Source: an uncultured Gemmatimonadales bacterium (lineage in GTDB: Bacteria > Gemmatimonadota > Gemmatimonadetes > Gemmatimonadales > GWC2-71-9). Taken from it: a DNA stretch of 64,000 bases. Of the stretch, positions 17,542 to 28,414 are shown piece by piece. The DNA lies in assembly GCA_963812755.1 (NCBI GenBank), contig CAWEWK010000005.1, positions 343,075 to 407,074 of the forward strand, given 5' to 3'. The notes under the pieces were generated by a model. It was not told where the DNA came from, did not search any database, and saw only the letters and a program-made list of their open reading frames with translations. The number at the start of each line of letters is the position of its first letter. Within the stretch, counting starts at the first letter, position 1. A program made the translations under genes and the position numbers.

Positions 17542-18972
17542 CTAGTTCATGGCGATGCCGCTCCGCAGTTGCCCCGGCCGCCAGATGCGCCCGCCGGCCA
17601 TCACCCACTCAACCGATTCGAGATTGGCGATGTCCTGCAACGGGTTCCGCCTTAGGAGCACAAGATCGGCATAGTAGCCGGCCTGAATGGTACCGATCTG
17701 ACGACTCGGCGCTCCGCCGATTGCCCGGGCCCCGTCGCGGGTGGCGGCGAGTAGCGCGGCGGTGGGTGAGAGGGCGATCGAATCGACCAACAACTGAAGC
17801 TCACCGAAGAGCGTGGCCCGCTCCGTCACTGGCCCATAAGCCACGTGATCACTGCCGGCGCTGATCCGCACTCCCCGGCGTACCGCTTCGCGGGTGATCT
17901 CCATGCCGAACCGCGATGCCGCCATCGCGTAATCCTCTTGCAGCGACGGGATGTGCCGCGTCTTGGAGTTGAAGTACGCCACGCTGTGCCGCACCGCGTC
18001 AAGCGTTGGCTCGAAGGAAATGCCACGGCGAGCCATGCTGTCGAGCGTGGCCAGGATCCTGGGGTCGTGGGCGGTTGCCATGGTGGCGACTCGGGCGGTG
18101 GCGATCTGCAGGTCGCCGTCGTTTACCAGCGTGTCCCGATCGGCCACGTCGAACAGCTCACCGGCCAGGCCGGCCGAGTGAACCACGCCATCCATCCCGG
18201 CTTGGGTCTGCTCCAGCACGCTGGCAGGCTGCACCCAGGCATGCCCCCACACCGGCATCCCTGCCCGATGGGCCGCTTCGGTCAGCCGCTGGACGGAGCG
18301 GCGATCCAGTTGGGCGTACAGCTTGAGTCCCATGGCGCCGGCCCGACGGGCCTCGGTAACGATCGAGTCCGGATCGTCATCGAGGGTGTAGAGCATCGGA
18401 GTCCAGCCTAGCCGCTGCATGGTGAGAGCGGGCGGCTGGCGGTAGATGGTGCCCCGCGCCGTCGCGGTACCGTGGAAACCGTTGAAGAAGAACCGGCGCC
18501 CGGCGACCAACTGCATGGCGTACACCCGGGGTGCGGCCGGCAGTGCCCGAACTCGCGAGAGCAGCTCAGCCGGATTGTTACCCATGTCGCGAACGGTGGT
18601 GACGCCCTGAGCCAGGAGGTCCCGTAAGTCGAGCGAGAGGTCTTCGCCCGCGCTGCCGTTGGACAGGAAGAGCAGGTGAACGTGCGAATCGATCAACCCG
18701 GGGATGAGATACTGTCCCTGTGCCTCGATGATGCGAGCGCCGGCGGGAACCGGGCACTCGCCCGCACCACCCGCGCACAGAATGCGATCGCCCCGAACCA
18801 GGGTGACCGCGTTGGGCACCGGAGCTCGGCCGGTACCGTCCCACAGTGTTGCGCCGACAATAGCTGTGGCCGGGCTGAGCGGCGCCGGCTGCGGCGGCCG
18901 CGGAGCCGGCCCGGAGCAGCCTGCCGCCGAGATGCCCAGCACGGCGATCAAAGTCGAGGTGAAGAACTTCAT
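17542..18972 (-). CDS. Amidohydrolase-family metal-dependent hydrolase, lipoprotein
   Basis: Start MKFFTSTLIAVLGISAAGCSG (lipobox). LIDSHVHL metal-binding motif. Confidence 0.8.
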   Translation of the reverse strand: MKFFTSTLIAVLGISAAGCSGPAPRPPQPAPLSPATAIVGATLWDGTGRAPVPNAVTLVRGDRILCAGGAGECPVPAGARIIEAQGQYLIPGLIDSHVHLLFLSNGSAGEDLSLDLRDLLAQGVTTVRDMGNNPAELLSRVRALPAAPRVYAMQLVAGRRFFFNGFHGTATARGTIYRQPPALTMQRLGWTPMLYTLDDDPDSIVTEARRAGAMGLKLYAQLDRRSVQRLTEAAHRAGMPVWGHAWVQPASVLEQTQAGMDGVVHSAGLAGELFDVADRDTLVNDGDLQIATARVATMATAHDPRILATLDSMARRGISFEPTLDAVRHSVAYFNSKTRHIPSLQEDYAMAASRFGMEITREAVRRGVRISAGSDHVAYGPVTERATLFGELQLLVDSIALSPTAALLAATRDGARAIGGAPSRQIGTIQAGYYADLVLLRRNPLQDIANLESVEWVMAGGRIWRPGQLRSGIAMN

Positions 18973-19280
18973 AGGGATGAGCTCCATCCTACTACGGGCA
19001 GCAGGGACAGCCTTCGACACCGCGGAACGCCCGGTTGTACGTAAGATGCGGAACCACATCCGGAACGAGCGGTGATACGAACTCGTATCCCGCCGTGACC
19101 AGCGGCACCAGCCTAAGTCCTTGCAAGAACGCAAAATCATGCACGGACGTAGAAGGAACCAGAGGCATCGCTGCGGTGCCGGATAGCTCTTACAATAAGA
19201 AGTCGGCAACGGCCATGCCGGTTCCCGAACCCGCGGGACGGACCGTTGCGGCGGGTGACATCGCTCTCTAGTCTTCCCTG

Positions 19281-20273
19281 GTGCAGACCTCCATCATCCG
19301 CCGTCCCCGCCGTCTTCGTCGTACCCAGGCCATCCGAAGGCTGGTGAGGGAGCACGAGCTTTCGTCCGGTGATCTGATTCAGCCGGTCTTTGTGGTGCAC
19401 GGCGCCGGTGTCGAGCGGGAGATCGGCTCGATGCCCGGCGTTTTCCAGCTCTCGGTCGATGCGGTGCTCGACCGCGAAGTAGACCGAGTTCGGGCACTGG
19501 GTATTCCCGCAGTCCTGCTCTTCGGCCTCCCGGCCAGCAAGGACGACGTGGGCTCGGAGAACTTCGCTGAAGACGGCATCGTCCAGCGTGCGCTCCGCCG
19601 GCTTCGGGCAAATCATCCCGACCTGCTCCTTCTGACCGACGTCTGCTGCTGCGAATACACCAGCCACGGCCATTGCGGAGTGGTTCGCAACGGCTCGGTG
19701 GACAACGATGCGACCCTGGAGATCGTCGGCCGGGTGGCATTGAGTCACGCCGCGGCCGGAGCCGACGTGGTGGCCCCGAGCGGCATGATGGATGGAATGG
19801 TGGGCGCGATCCGGACGGCGCTGGATGGCGGAGGGTTCCAGGACCGGGCCATTCTGAGCTATGCGGTGAAGTACGCAAGCGCGTTCTACGGCCCCTTTCG
19901 AGAGGCTGCCGACAGCGCGCCCGCGTTCGGCGATCGCCGCCAATACCAGATGGACCCCGCCAATCTCCGCGAGGCGCTGGTCGAGGCGGCGTTGGACGAG
20001 CAGCAGGGCGCGGACCTGCTCATGGTAAAGCCGGCACTGGCCTACCTCGACGTGGTGCGCGCGGTGCGAGAGCGAACCGAGCTGCCCCTGGTGGCGTACA
20101 ACGTGAGTGGCGAGTACTCGATGGTGAAGGCAGCCGGACGGTTGGGGTGGATCGACGAGCGACGAGTGATTCTCGAAGCGCTGACCGGGATGCGCCGGGC
20201 GGGGGCGGATGCCATCATCACTTATCACGCCAAAGAAGTAGCGGGCTGGTTGGCGGAGGAACCTGCTGAATGA
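19281..20273 (+). CDS. hemB: Porphobilinogen synthase (ALA dehydratase)
   Basis: 330 aa. RRPRRLR N-terminal signature and VKPALAYLD active-site Lys region. Confidence 0.92.
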   Translation: MQTSIIRRPRRLRRTQAIRRLVREHELSSGDLIQPVFVVHGAGVEREIGSMPGVFQLSVDAVLDREVDRVRALGIPAVLLFGLPASKDDVGSENFAEDGIVQRALRRLRANHPDLLLLTDVCCCEYTSHGHCGVVRNGSVDNDATLEIVGRVALSHAAAGADVVAPSGMMDGMVGAIRTALDGGGFQDRAILSYAVKYASAFYGPFREAADSAPAFGDRRQYQMDPANLREALVEAALDEQQGADLLMVKPALAYLDVVRAVRERTELPLVAYNVSGEYSMVKAAGRLGWIDERRVILEALTGMRRAGADAIITYHAKEVAGWLAEEPAE

Positions 20274-21571
20274 CCGGGGTCCGGACGGCGTTGCCCACCA
20301 CGGCGTCAGAGCGGCTCTTCGCGGCGTCCCAGCGAGTATTGCCCGGTGGAGTCAACAGCCCGGTGCGCGCGTTCCGCGGCGTGGGGGGTACCCCCCGGTT
20401 CATCGCGCGGGGCCACGGACCCACCCTGGTAGATGTGGATGGCAACCACTACGTCGATCTGGTGCTCTCCTGGGGACCGCTGATCCTGGGGCACGCCCAT
20501 CCCGAGGTACTGGCCGCGATTGTGGACGCCGCTGGTCGAGGTACGACCTACGGCATCCCAACCGAATTGGAGCTATTGCTGGCGGAGCGGGTGGTGGCGG
20601 CATTCCCGTCGATCGAAATGGTTCGCTTCGTGAGCTCGGGCACCGAGGCGGCCATGAGCGCCGTGCGCCTGGCAAGAGCGGCCACCAATCGCCGTGCCAT
20701 CGTGAAGTTCGACGGATGCTATCACGGACACGCCGACCCACTGCTGGCGGCGGCCGGCTCCGGAGTGGCTACCCTCGGCCTGCCCGATTCACCCGGCGTC
20801 ACCCCTGCCACGGTTGCCGACACCCTCATCCTGCCATTCAACGATCTCGGGGCGGTCGAGGCCCTGTTCGCCACCCGCGGCGAGGAGATCGCGGCGATCC
20901 TGGTCGAGCCGGTGGCCGGCAACATGGGGCTGGTGCCTCCGGTGGCCGGCTTTCTTCCCGGGCTGCGCGCCCTGACTCGTCGCTATGGTGCGCTGCTGGT
21001 CTTTGATGAGGTGATGACGGGTTGGCGGGTGCATCCTCGGGGCGCGCAGGTGCTCTATGGGATCGAGCCCGACCTGACCTGCCTGGGTAAGGTCCTTGGA
21101 GGAGGCCTTCCTGCGGCCGCGTACGGCGGCCGGCGGGATCTGATGGAGCAGATCGCTCCGGCCGGTCCGGTGTATCAAGCGGGGACTCTTTCCGGGAACC
21201 CGCTCGCCATGGCGGCCGGGCTCGCGACCCTCGACGTCCTCTCTCGCCCCGGCACCTGGGAGCGAGCCGACGCGTGGGCGGGTCGCGTGGCCGAAGCGAT
21301 CACTCGCCGCGCCGCGGCGGCAAGTGTGGCGGTGACCGTTCAGCGGGTGGGAACCATGTTCACCCCCTTCTTCACTCCCCACCCGGTCCACGACTATGCC
21401 CAGGTGCGGCACACCGACCGGGCGGCCTACAACGCCTTCTTCCACGCGATGCTCGAAGGAGGCGTCTACCTGCCGCCATCGGCCTTCGAGGCGGCGTTCA
21501 CCTCGGCGGTACATGGAGAGGCCGAGCTCGCGACGGTCGAGGCGGCCCTCGCGGCGGCATGGCAGCGGTAG
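20270..21571 (+). CDS. hemL: Glutamate-1-semialdehyde 2,1-aminomutase
   Basis: 433 aa. [10 protein letters not shown] and class-III aminotransferase character. ATGA overlap with hemB. Confidence 0.92.
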   Translation: MTGVRTALPTTASERLFAASQRVLPGGVNSPVRAFRGVGGTPRFIARGHGPTLVDVDGNHYVDLVLSWGPLILGHAHPEVLAAIVDAAGRGTTYGIPTELELLLAERVVAAFPSIEMVRFVSSGTEAAMSAVRLARAATNRRAIVKFDGCYHGHADPLLAAAGSGVATLGLPDSPGVTPATVADTLILPFNDLGAVEALFATRGEEIAAILVEPVAGNMGLVPPVAGFLPGLRALTRRYGALLVFDEVMTGWRVHPRGAQVLYGIEPDLTCLGKVLGGGLPAAAYGGRRDLMEQIAPAGPVYQAGTLSGNPLAMAAGLATLDVLSRPGTWERADAWAGRVAEAITRRAAAASVAVTVQRVGTMFTPFFTPHPVHDYAQVRHTDRAAYNAFFHAMLEGGVYLPPSAFEAAFTSAVHGEAELATVEAALAAAWQR

Positions 21572-22935
21572 CCGTAGTCGGGGCCGGTATCGCGGGTCTC
21601 ACCGCCGGGTTTCGCCTGAAGCAACGCGGCATTCGGGTGGTGGTTTACGAGAGTGGCGATCGGGTGGGAGGCGCCATCGCCACCGAGCGCCGCGACGGGT
21701 ACCTGGCAGATCTGGGACCTAACTCCCTTTCAGCCCCGAGCGCCGCCGTCCGCGCGCTGCTCTCCGATCTCACTCTGCTGGACAGCATGGTGGAGGCCTC
21801 ACCCGAGGCGAGGAACCGCTATGTCGTCCGCAAGCGGAAGCTCCTCGCCCTGCCGACCTCGCCACCGGAGCTGCTCACTACCCGCTTGCTTTCCAACACC
21901 GCGAAGCTCGCGGTCTTCGGCGAGCCTCTGGTCGACGCCGGGGAGTCTCTAGTTGAGGAAAGCGTGGCGACGTTCGTTCGCCGGCGCTTCAATCAGGAAG
22001 TGCTGGATTACGTCGTCAATCCGTTCGTGGCCGGCATTTTCGCCGGCGATCCCGAGCAGCTCTCCGTTCGCCACGCGCTTCCGCACCTGTACTCACTGGA
22101 GCGGGCTCAGGGGTCGGTGATCAAGGGCTTCGGGCGAATGCTTCGGGCTCGACCGGGCGAAGAAGCCGGTGGCTCGGGGTTGGTGTCCTTCCGCCAGGGA
22201 CTCCAGGAAGTCCCCGACGCCCTGGCGCGGGAGCTCAACCCCGGGATCCGGCTGCGCGCGCCGGTCACCCAGGTGCGCTACGGCCCCAAAGGCTGGACGG
22301 TCGGCGCTGCCTATCAGCAGGCGGAGCTGTACGACGGGGTGGTGTTCGCGGCGCCGGCCCACTGCGCCGACGAGATCGACTTTGCCTTCGAGGGCGGGGA
22401 GCGACTCAAGACCCTGGCAAGCATCATCCATCCGCCGGTCGGGGTGCTGGTGCTGGGCTTCCGGCGGGAAGACGTGACCCATCCTCTGGATGGCTTCGGG
22501 TTTCTCACCCCCGAGGTCGAGCGCCGTCAGGTGTTGGGAGTAATTTTCTCATCCACCTTATTCCCTGGTCGCGCGCCTGAGGGTCACGTGGCACTGACCG
22601 CATTCGTCGGCGGAGTGCGCAACCCTGACCTTGCCAACGCGGACCTGCCCACGCTTACCGCACGGGTGCAGGACGACCTGCGCGCGCTCCTGGGGGTCCG
22701 GGGGGAGCCGACTTTTCGGGCCTTTCATCTCTGGCCCAAGGCCATTCCGCAGTACACGCTGAGTCACGGCCGATTCAAGGAGATCATGGACGATGCGGAG
22801 CGGCGCAATCCCGGACTGGCGCTGGCCGGCTCCTATCGGGACGGGGTGGCACTGGGGGATGCGATCGCCTCCGGCGAGCAAGCGGCGGAGCGGCTCTCCG
22901 GGCAACTGGAGACACAGAAGCCGAGCGCACCATGA
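21559..22935 (+). CDS. hemY: FAD-dependent protoporphyrinogen oxidase (HemY/PPOX type)
   Basis: [20 protein letters not shown]...[10 protein letters not shown] dinucleotide-binding motif. Sits within the hem operon. Confidence 0.85.
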   Translation: MAAVAVVGAGIAGLTAGFRLKQRGIRVVVYESGDRVGGAIATERRDGYLADLGPNSLSAPSAAVRALLSDLTLLDSMVEASPEARNRYVVRKRKLLALPTSPPELLTTRLLSNTAKLAVFGEPLVDAGESLVEESVATFVRRRFNQEVLDYVVNPFVAGIFAGDPEQLSVRHALPHLYSLERAQGSVIKGFGRMLRARPGEEAGGSGLVSFRQGLQEVPDALARELNPGIRLRAPVTQVRYGPKGWTVGAAYQQAELYDGVVFAAPAHCADEIDFAFEGGERLKTLASIIHPPVGVLVLGFRREDVTHPLDGFGFLTPEVERRQVLGVIFSSTLFPGRAPEGHVALTAFVGGVRNPDLANADLPTLTARVQDDLRALLGVRGEPTFRAFHLWPKAIPQYTLSHGRFKEIMDDAERRNPGLALAGSYRDGVALGDAIASGEQAAERLSGQLETQKPSAP

Positions 22936-23909
22936 GTCACCCGGGCCTGCTTCGGATCGGTACTCGGAGCAGTGCTCTCGCGCTCTGGCAAACCGAGCGG
23001 GTGCGATCGCTGATGGAGGCCAAGGGTTACCCCACCGAGCGGATCGAGATCCGGACCACCGGCGATCTGGTTCAAGACGTACCTCTGTCGCGGATCGGCT
23101 CCCGAGCTCTCTTTACCAAGCAGATCGACGATGCGTTGCTGGCCGGGCGAATCGATCTCGCTGTTCACTCGCTGAAGGATCTCCCGACGACCCTCCCAGC
23201 CGGGATCGAGCTTGGCGCCATCGGTGAGCGGGAAGATGCCCGGGATGCTCTGGTCGGCCGGGCGCCCGTCCGCTGGGTGGATCTCCCGAAGGGCGGGACC
23301 GTCGCCACCAGCAGCCTCAGGCGCCGAGCCCAGTTGCTGTACCTGCGACCCGACCTCCAGGTCACCGACATCAGGGGCAACGTGGACACCCGCTTGGCCA
23401 AGCTCGATGCCAACGCCGATTGGAGCGCCATCCTGTTGGCAGTCGCGGGACTAGTGCGGTTGGGACTGAGCCATCGAATCGGAGAGCGACTGCCGGTCGA
23501 CGTCATGGTTCCGGCTCCGGGGCAGGGCGCCCTGGCGGTGACCGTACGGGAGGGGGATGCCGTCTCGCTCACGGCGGCGCGGACAGCGATGCACCACGAG
23601 CCCACCGCGATAGCGGTCGCTGCCGAGCGAGCATTTCTGAGGAGACTCGAGGGTGGGTGCCAGGTTCCGGTGGCAGCCTACGCTGGACTGGAGGGCGAGG
23701 GTGTGGGTGCCGAGCTTCGGATCCGGGGACGAGTCGTCTCCCTCCTTGGTGAGCACGCAGTGGAAGGGGAAGCTCGGGCGGCGTGCCCCGACCAAGATGC
23801 GGCAGCCGCCCTGGGTACGTCCCTGGCCGAGCGTCTGCTCGCCCAAGGCGGAGCAGAGATCTTGGCGGCGGTGCGGGCAACACCGCAACCAGCGGTGACG
23901 GAGCCCTGA
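22932..23909 (+). CDS. hemC: Hydroxymethylbilane synthase (porphobilinogen deaminase)
   Basis: LRIGTRSSALALWQ N-terminal signature. Confidence 0.92.
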   Translation: MSHPGLLRIGTRSSALALWQTERVRSLMEAKGYPTERIEIRTTGDLVQDVPLSRIGSRALFTKQIDDALLAGRIDLAVHSLKDLPTTLPAGIELGAIGEREDARDALVGRAPVRWVDLPKGGTVATSSLRRRAQLLYLRPDLQVTDIRGNVDTRLAKLDANADWSAILLAVAGLVRLGLSHRIGERLPVDVMVPAPGQGALAVTVREGDAVSLTAARTAMHHEPTAIAVAAERAFLRRLEGGCQVPVAAYAGLEGEGVGAELRIRGRVVSLLGEHAVEGEARAACPDQDAAAALGTSLAERLLAQGGAEILAAVRATPQPAVTEP

Positions 23910-24655
23910 TGACTGCCGTGGTGATCACCGCTTCGGCCGGCAGCTTTCCCGGCCTGGCCGATTCGCTGCGGGCGATACCGTTGGAGGTAGAAGAGCGCCC
24001 GCTGTTGAGCTTCGCTCCCCCGGTTGATTGGGGGCCGCTGGATCGGGCGCTGGAGCATCTCGCACGGTTTCATGGCATCGCTTTCACCTCACCCCGCGCC
24101 GCGAGCGCCTTTGCCGCACGGCTCGCGCAACGACGAGAGCGCATCCCGAGTCCGGAGCAACTTCCTCCCTTGTGGGCCAGCGGCGCCTCCACTGCGGAGG
24201 CCCTGGACCAGCTTGGACCGGTGCAGACGCCTTCCAGCGCCGCCGATCGAGCGATAGGCGCGGCAGCAGCGCTGGCCCGAGCCGTGATCGCTTCCCGAGC
24301 AGGCGGGCCGGTATTGTTTCCCTGTGGCGAGCTGCGGCGGGATGAGCTGCCGGCCCGTCTGCGGCAAGAGGGCATCGAGGTGGAAGAAGTCATCTGCTAT
24401 CGCTCGGTGCTCGCTCGCGACGAGGAGGCCAGGTTCGCCGCGGAGCGCGCCTCGCTGCTGGTGGTGGCGAGTCCCAGCGTCGCCCAGCTCCTGGTGCGGG
24501 TCTGTCCGCCGGAGGCGCGGCCACCCATCCTCGCCGTCGGCCCCACCACCGCGGCGGCGGCGCGGGCAGCCGGATGGCCGCCGGTGGCGGTGGCCGCGGA
24601 GCCCACCGCCGAGTCGGTGGCCGATACAGTACGAACCCTACTCACCATTCGATGA
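23909..24655 (+). CDS. hemD: Uroporphyrinogen-III synthase
   Basis: About 248 aa between hemC and hemE, overlapping both. HemD-like FTSPRAA motif. Start ATG 23909 chosen within track ORF 23783..24655. Confidence 0.78.
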   Translation: MTAVVITASAGSFPGLADSLRAIPLEVEERPLLSFAPPVDWGPLDRALEHLARFHGIAFTSPRAASAFAARLAQRRERIPSPEQLPPLWASGASTAEALDQLGPVQTPSSAADRAIGAAAALARAVIASRAGGPVLFPCGELRRDELPARLRQEGIEVEEVICYRSVLARDEEARFAAERASLLVVASPSVAQLLVRVCPPEARPPILAVGPTTAAAARAAGWPPVAVAAEPTAESVADTVRTLLTIR

Positions 24656-25680
24656 ACGATCTGTTCCTGCGGGCTTGCCGGCGCGAAGCGGTCGAGCGGC
24701 CGCCGGTCTGGATGATGCGCCAGGCGGGCCGGTACCTCCCCCAGTACCGCGCAGTTCGCGAACGGGCGGATTTTCTCACCATGGTGGCAACGCCGGAGCT
24801 GGCGGTGGAGGTGACGCTCCAACCGGTCGACACGCTCGGAGTCGATGCGGCCATCATCTTCAGCGACATCCTGGTGGTGCCTCAAGCGATGGGGATGACG
24901 CTGTCGGTGGACGATGGCGTAGGTCCCCGTTTTCATCACCCGCTTCGGACTCCGGCCGACATCGATCGGCTGGAAGACTTCGCGCCGGATCAGGCATTAG
25001 GGCACGTGCTCGAGGCGATCCGGCTGGCCCGGGGGGAATTGGATGACCGGGTCCCGCTGATCGGTTTCGCCGGGGCACCCTGGACCCTGATGAGCTATAT
25101 GGTGGAAGGGAGCGGCTCCAAGACGTTCAGCTGGGTCAAGCGCCTGCTGGTGGAGGACCGCTCCCGGGCGCACCATCTGCTGGCCCGTCTGGGTCACCTG
25201 GCCGGAGAGTTCCTGGTGGCGCAGGTGAAGGCGGGCGCCCAGGCGGTTCAGCTCTTCGATTCCTGGGCCGGCGCGCTCACCCCGCGCGACTTCCGCGAGT
25301 TCGCGCTGCCCTATCTGGCGGACGCGGTCCGGAGGGCGAAGACCACCGGCGTGCCGGTCATTGCCTTCGCGCCGGGAGCAGGGTGGGCGCTGGAGGAGCT
25401 CGCCGCCTCCGGTGCCGACGTCGTCGGGATTGACTGGCAGACCGACCCCGCCGCCGCGCGCCGGCGGTTGGAGTCGGCCGCTGTCGCTCTGCAAGGCAAT
25501 CTGGATCCCTGTTGGCTATACGCTTCGCCCGCGGTCATCCGGGAGCGGACCCGGGCGATGTTGCAGGCGTTTGGTGGTCGAGGCCACGTCGCCAATCTCG
25601 GACACGGCATCCTGCCGGACGTGCCGGTGGAGCACGCCCAGGCGTTCGTGAACGCAGTGAAGGAGTGGCGGCCGACGTGA
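24652..25680 (+). CDS. hemE: Uroporphyrinogen decarboxylase
   Basis: MNDLFLRACRRE..PPVWMMRQAGRYLPQY signature. Confidence 0.92.
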   Translation: MNDLFLRACRREAVERPPVWMMRQAGRYLPQYRAVRERADFLTMVATPELAVEVTLQPVDTLGVDAAIIFSDILVVPQAMGMTLSVDDGVGPRFHHPLRTPADIDRLEDFAPDQALGHVLEAIRLARGELDDRVPLIGFAGAPWTLMSYMVEGSGSKTFSWVKRLLVEDRSRAHHLLARLGHLAGEFLVAQVKAGAQAVQLFDSWAGALTPRDFREFALPYLADAVRRAKTTGVPVIAFAPGAGWALEELAASGADVVGIDWQTDPAAARRRLESAAVALQGNLDPCWLYASPAVIRERTRAMLQAFGGRGHVANLGHGILPDVPVEHAQAFVNAVKEWRPT

Positions 25681-26618
25681 GCGCTTCGGATGTGCGGGAA
25701 CGGGTCGCCCGGCAGATCGAGCAGCTGCACGACGACACGACGGCGCTCTTCACCTCACTCGATGGCGCCGGTCGGTTCCAGGAAGACGAGTGGACCAGGC
25801 CGGGTGGTGGCGGTGGCGTCGCGAGAGTGCTCAGCGACGGAGCCACCTTTGAAAAGGCAGGGATAAACCGCTCCCTGGTCCACGGGTCGCTCACCCCGCA
25901 AGTGGCCCAGCGCTTGGGTGCGCGGCTCGGCGCCGCAACCGATTCCGAGTTCTTCGCGGCGGGGATGAGCCTGGTGGCGCATCCGCGCAGCCCCATGATT
26001 CCCACCGTCCACCTCAACGTCCGGTTCTTCGAGATCACAGGGCCGACGGGAGAGACGCAGGACCAATGGTTGGGCGGAGGCACCGATCTCACGCCCACTT
26101 ATCCCTATCCCGACGATGCCGTGGCGTTCCACCAGGGGCTGAAATCCATTTGCGACCGGCATCATTCGTCTTTCTATCCCAGATTCAAAACCTGGTGCGA
26201 TCACTACTTCGTGAACACCCACCGGGGAGACGAACGGCGGGGAGTCGGCGGGATTTTCTTCGACCACCTGAGGGCCGGCGAGAGCGGGCTGGACCTGGAC
26301 CGGATGCTGGGTTTTTGGGAGGACGTCGGCCGGTCGCCTTCGGTTACCTACGCCCCGATCGTGGAGCGGCGCCGGGGCGAGAACTACGGCGACCGGGAGC
26401 GCCGCTTCCAGCTCGCCCGCCGCGGCCGCTATGTGGAGTTCAACCTGGTGCACGATCGAGGGACGCTCTTCGGACTCCAAACCCAAGCGCGGATCGAAAG
26501 CGTCCTCATGAGCCTGCCGCCCCTGGCGGCGTGGGAGTACTCGCCGGAGTACCAGCCGGGGTCCTTCGAGGCCGAGCTGCTCGCGATGCTGGAGCCAAGG
26601 GAGTGGGTGAACAGCTGA
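25677..26618 (+). CDS. hemF: Oxygen-dependent coproporphyrinogen-III oxidase
   Basis: ...RPGGGGGVARVL..G..FEKAGIN and HPRSPMIPTVHLNVRFF motifs. GTG 25677 overlaps the hemE stop. Confidence 0.9.
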   Translation: MSASDVRERVARQIEQLHDDTTALFTSLDGAGRFQEDEWTRPGGGGGVARVLSDGATFEKAGINRSLVHGSLTPQVAQRLGARLGAATDSEFFAAGMSLVAHPRSPMIPTVHLNVRFFEITGPTGETQDQWLGGGTDLTPTYPYPDDAVAFHQGLKSICDRHHSSFYPRFKTWCDHYFVNTHRGDERRGVGGIFFDHLRAGESGLDLDRMLGFWEDVGRSPSVTYAPIVERRRGENYGDRERRFQLARRGRYVEFNLVHDRGTLFGLQTQARIESVLMSLPPLAAWEYSPEYQPGSFEAELLAMLEPREWVNS

Positions 26619-26836
26619 GGCAGTCGCCACAGTTGTGGGTCTGTCGCACAGGTATGATCCTCGCCACGCTGGTAGCTAAGTCCATATAGACTAAGCAGCT
26701 ACGCTGACAACGCGGAGTCTGCGACAGCCCTCCGGAGATTGGCACGGCTCTGGCGCATGGGGGGCGTTAACCTGGTCACGCGCATCAAACCCGTCGGCTC
26801 CCTAGACACTCGTCGCTCTTGGGCCGGAATCATTCT

Positions 26837-28171
26837 ATGCGATCAATCGGTAAACTGGCTGTCGTAACCGGAACGCTGGTGCTGGCCGCGGCGTGTAGTG
26901 ATGGCGGCGTCACCCCGCCGCCGGACAACACAGCGCCGGTGGCAAACTTCGCGGTGCCGCCATGCGCCATCGACCTGGCCTGTGACTTTGCCAGCACCAG
27001 CACCGATGATGCCCAGGTGACGGAATGGAGCTGGGATTTCAATGGCGACGGCAATCCGGACGCGACCACGGCGACTGCGGGGTTCACCTATGGCACTGCC
27101 GGGGATTTCAACGTCAGCCTGACGGTCCGTGATGCTGAGGGCTTGAGCGACACCAAGACCAGCACCATAACCATCGCACCCGCCAATAACCCACCGCCGC
27201 CGCCTCCCCAGAACTCGGCTCCGGTGGCCGACTTCGCCGTGCCGCCATGCACCATCAACGTGGCCTGTGACTTTGCCAGCACCAGCACTGATGATGCCCT
27301 GGTGACGGAATGGAGCTGGGATTTCGATGGCGACGGGAACCCTGACGCGACCACGGCGACTGCGGGGTTCACCTATACTGCTGCCGGGGATTTCAACGTC
27401 AGCCTGACGGTCCGTGATGCTGAGGGTTTGAGCAACACGAAGACCAGCACCGTGACCATCGCACCTCCTCCGGTCAACACGCCACCGACTGCGGGGTTCA
27501 CCCACAACTGTACTGCGACCAACTGCAGCTTCATCAGCACCAGCACGGACGCAGCCCCAGGCAGCATCACTATCTACGCGTGGACCTTCGGAGATGGTGC
27601 GACTGCCGATGTGAATAGTCCGTCGCATGGCTACGCGGTTACCGCCACCACCGACTTCACCGTCACGCTCACCGTGACCGACAACGAGGGCGCCACCGAC
27701 GTCGAGACCCAGACGATCACCGTGTCACCGCCGCCGCCGGTGGCCCAGGGTTGCACGACCTCAGGCGATCACGTGGAATGTGTTCTGGACATCACGGCCC
27801 GGTCCACCATCAAGCTCAAGCTGCTGGGGATCAGCTGCGAGCTCCTGGGGGAGCGAGTCGTCATTCCGGCGCCGATCGGGGACCAGGTCTTCTTAAACGT
27901 GTGCTCGAGGACCGTCGGCGATTCGACCAAGATCTTCGGCGGCGTCGCCGATACCGCGGTGGTGTTCGAGGCGGGCAGTCAGGTGCGAATCCGGTTCGTC
28001 CAGGGCACACCGGCTCGGGGTGATCCGACGCCAGGTCCTCCGGCTGCGAACTTTGTGGGGAGCTTTCCCAACTGGACGATCAATTTCGAAGATGGCGGCA
28101 ATCCGGGCGGAGCAGGCGAGCCGGATTTCAGCGACGTCGTGCTCGGAGTGGAGGCTGTAGCCAAGCCGTAG
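26837..28171 (+). CDS. Lipoprotein with three PKD-like domains and a distinct C-terminal domain
   Basis: Lipobox LAAACSDGG. Repeated ...WSWDF(N/D)GDGNPD...FNVSLTVRDAEG... PKD signatures. Confidence 0.8.
   Translation: MRSIGKLAVVTGTLVLAAACSDGGVTPPPDNTAPVANFAVPPCAIDLACDFASTSTDDAQVTEWSWDFNGDGNPDATTATAGFTYGTAGDFNVSLTVRDAEGLSDTKTSTITIAPANNPPPPPPQNSAPVADFAVPPCTINVACDFASTSTDDALVTEWSWDFDGDGNPDATTATAGFTYTAAGDFNVSLTVRDAEGLSNTKTSTVTIAPPPVNTPPTAGFTHNCTATNCSFISTSTDAAPGSITIYAWTFGDGATADVNSPSHGYAVTATTDFTVTLTVTDNEGATDVETQTITVSPPPPVAQGCTTSGDHVECVLDITARSTIKLKLLGISCELLGERVVIPAPIGDQVFLNVCSRTVGDSTKIFGGVADTAVVFEAGSQVRIRFVQGTPARGDPTPGPPAANFVGSFPNWTINFEDGGNPGGAGEPDFSDVVLGVEAVAKP
26933..27466 (+). repeat. Near-identical 285-bp-period internal tandem duplication (PKD domains 1 and 2)
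   Basis: 26933-27181 and 27218-27466 align base-for-base with only scattered substitutions. Confidence 0.85.
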
Positions 28172-28414
28172 CCGTGCCGGAGCTCGCAAGGTGGGCCACT
28201 CTTGCGGGCCTACTTCGAATCTCGGGGGCGAGGGGTGCCGAGATCGGTAGCTTCTGCCACCTCGCTTGACATCCGCTTGACGGAGCTTGAGCAGGTTCGT
28301 CTTGCTTCTCGCGGCGCAACGGCATGTAAGCGGCGCTCGCTGAGCGGCGCCAACGGGCGGCTCGCCATGGCTCCACCTCAGCCCGCTGGTTCCTCGGAGC
28401 CAAGGTGGGTTCCC

